Below are positions 62,918-64,000 of a stretch of DNA of 64,000 nucleotides, piece by piece. Position 1 is the first letter of the stretch. The number at the start of each line of letters is the position of its first letter. The DNA is from Clostridia bacterium (lineage in GTDB: Bacteria > Bacillota > Clostridia > Oscillospirales > CAG-272). Under the pieces are notes generated by a model. The model had not been told where the DNA came from. It was given only the letters and a program-made list of their open reading frames with translations, and made no database searches. The stretch is from assembly GCA_017463445.1 (NCBI GenBank), contig JAFTPF010000011.1, positions 33,087 through 97,086 of the forward strand, in the 5' to 3' direction. A program made the translations under genes and the position numbers.

Positions 62918-63820
62918 TTACCGTATAAATTTCGCTCCGCCGGGGATGACGCGGACCACCGTATCGGACACTTCCTTGGTTCCCTCACCGTCCACCGTCC
63001 AGGCGACGGGACGCTCGGTGTGGACTTCCATGGTCGTGGAATGCGCAAAGATCACGTTTTCGTTTTTGCTGTCGTACAGATTATTGGTCAGCAGATCCAT
63101 AAGTAGCACGGCTGTCTCTCCCACTGTTTTGGGTTTCTTGATCACCAGCATATCCAAAACACCGTCGGCAAGGTCGATCCGATCGGCGGGGATCTTCACC
63201 ATTCCCGCCATAGAATGTGTATTCATCACCGCAAAAAACAACACATCCGTGTCGCACAGCTCGCCGTCATCCCATTTCACGGTCAGACGCTCCGGCGTCA
63301 GCTTGAACAGCTCCGACGCGCCGCTGAGCACATATGCCATATGTCCCAGCATATTCTTCATCTTCTGCGAGGTTGCGTAAGAGACCTTGGTGAATGCGCC
63401 GAACGAGGCGGTATAAACAAATCGATAGTCATCGCCGAGGCTTCCGATATCGTGAGGGGTCGGCTTACCGTCACGAATGATCTCCAGCGTCTTGTTCACG
63501 TCACGGGAGAGACCCAGCGTTGTCGCCAGATCGTTGGCGGTACCGCTGGGAAAATACCCTATCGGGATCGACAATCCCGCACGGTATAAGCCGCCCACCA
63601 CACCGTTGACCGTTCCGTCACCACCGCTGACAAAAACCGCGTCGTATCCTTCGGCCTGCTGAGCCGTTTCGCAAGCATCACCGGGTCCCTCGGTGAGATG
63701 CACTGTCAGAGTATATTGAGATGAAAGCCCGTCGATGATCGAATAAAGCTGGTTCTTGACTCCCTGTTTTCCGGCGCGGGCATTTGCGATCAAAAGTCCT
63801 TTTTGTTGCTTCAGTGGCAT
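62918..63820 (-). CDS. diacylglycerol kinase family lipid kinase (YegS/BmrU-like)
   Basis: VFVSGGDGTVNGVV is the DAGK catalytic-domain motif. The protein is 300 aa. Confidence 0.85.
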   Translation of the reverse strand: MPLKQQKGLLIANARAGKQGVKNQLYSIIDGLSSQYTLTVHLTEGPGDACETAQQAEGYDAVFVSGGDGTVNGVVGGLYRAGLSIPIGYFPSGTANDLATTLGLSRDVNKTLEIIRDGKPTPHDIGSLGDDYRFVYTASFGAFTKVSYATSQKMKNMLGHMAYVLSGASELFKLTPERLTVKWDDGELCDTDVLFFAVMNTHSMAGMVKIPADRIDLADGVLDMLVIKKPKTVGETAVLLMDLLTNNLYDSKNENVIFAHSTTMEVHTERPVAWTVDGEGTKEVSDTVVRVIPGGAKFIR

Positions 63821-64000
63821 AGCGTCGCCTTCCTTACAAAGTCGGACGGAACCGATAGCCGTGCCGTCCGCAGATTGGTTAACTATTTTAATAGTATATC
63901 ACTTCCACTTCAGTACATCACCAGCAAATCTTTTCTAAATTGTAAACTTTTTATGACATTTTATGAACCATGTACAACGCCCCGCTCTGCCCCCTCAAAT

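Noticed and set aside
1-64000. oriC / DnaA-box cluster near the parS sites.
   Set aside because: I saw only isolated near-matches to TTATCCACA (for example ~33905). There is no cluster, no dnaA or dnaN gene and no AT-rich unwinding element adjacent to the parS sites.

Overview
This is a 64-kb chromosomal window from a G+C-rich, spore-forming Firmicute. I infer class Clostridia from SpoIIE, FtsK/SpoIIIE and Soj/Spo0J. Most of it is ordinary housekeeping. 1-19 kb (+ strand) carries uppP, ftsK, mltG, a cysteine desulfurase, two tandem GH76 lipoproteins, prmC and ddl. The middle carries aconitase, ThuA, YitT, three large surface proteins, trkHA, prs, spoIIE and asnB. 43-58 kb (- strand) carries serS, spo0J, soj, a third ParB-like gene, a MoxR-DUF58-transglutaminase triad, GH78 and rfbB. 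The right end carries an ArsR/HMA/P-type ATPase metal cassette and a lipid kinase. tRNA-Ser(UGA) and tRNA-Trp(CCA) are present. I found no CRISPR array, transposase, integrase or recognisable defence system, and no convincing novel multi-gene protein system. The unusual signal is in the non-coding DNA: (1) a modular, BIME-like family of hairpin mosaics in at least seven intergenic gaps; (2) a ~190-bp MITE-like element with ~37-bp terminal inverted repeats; (3) a ~70-nt dispersed repeat with three copies, one inside the metal-resistance cassette; (4) a degenerate array of hairpin units next to tRNA-Trp; (5) two perfect parS sites inside the 3' tail of the ParB-like gene. Also notable are SPKTG/APKTG sortase-type signals on the surface proteins and three AT-rich orphan gene islands.
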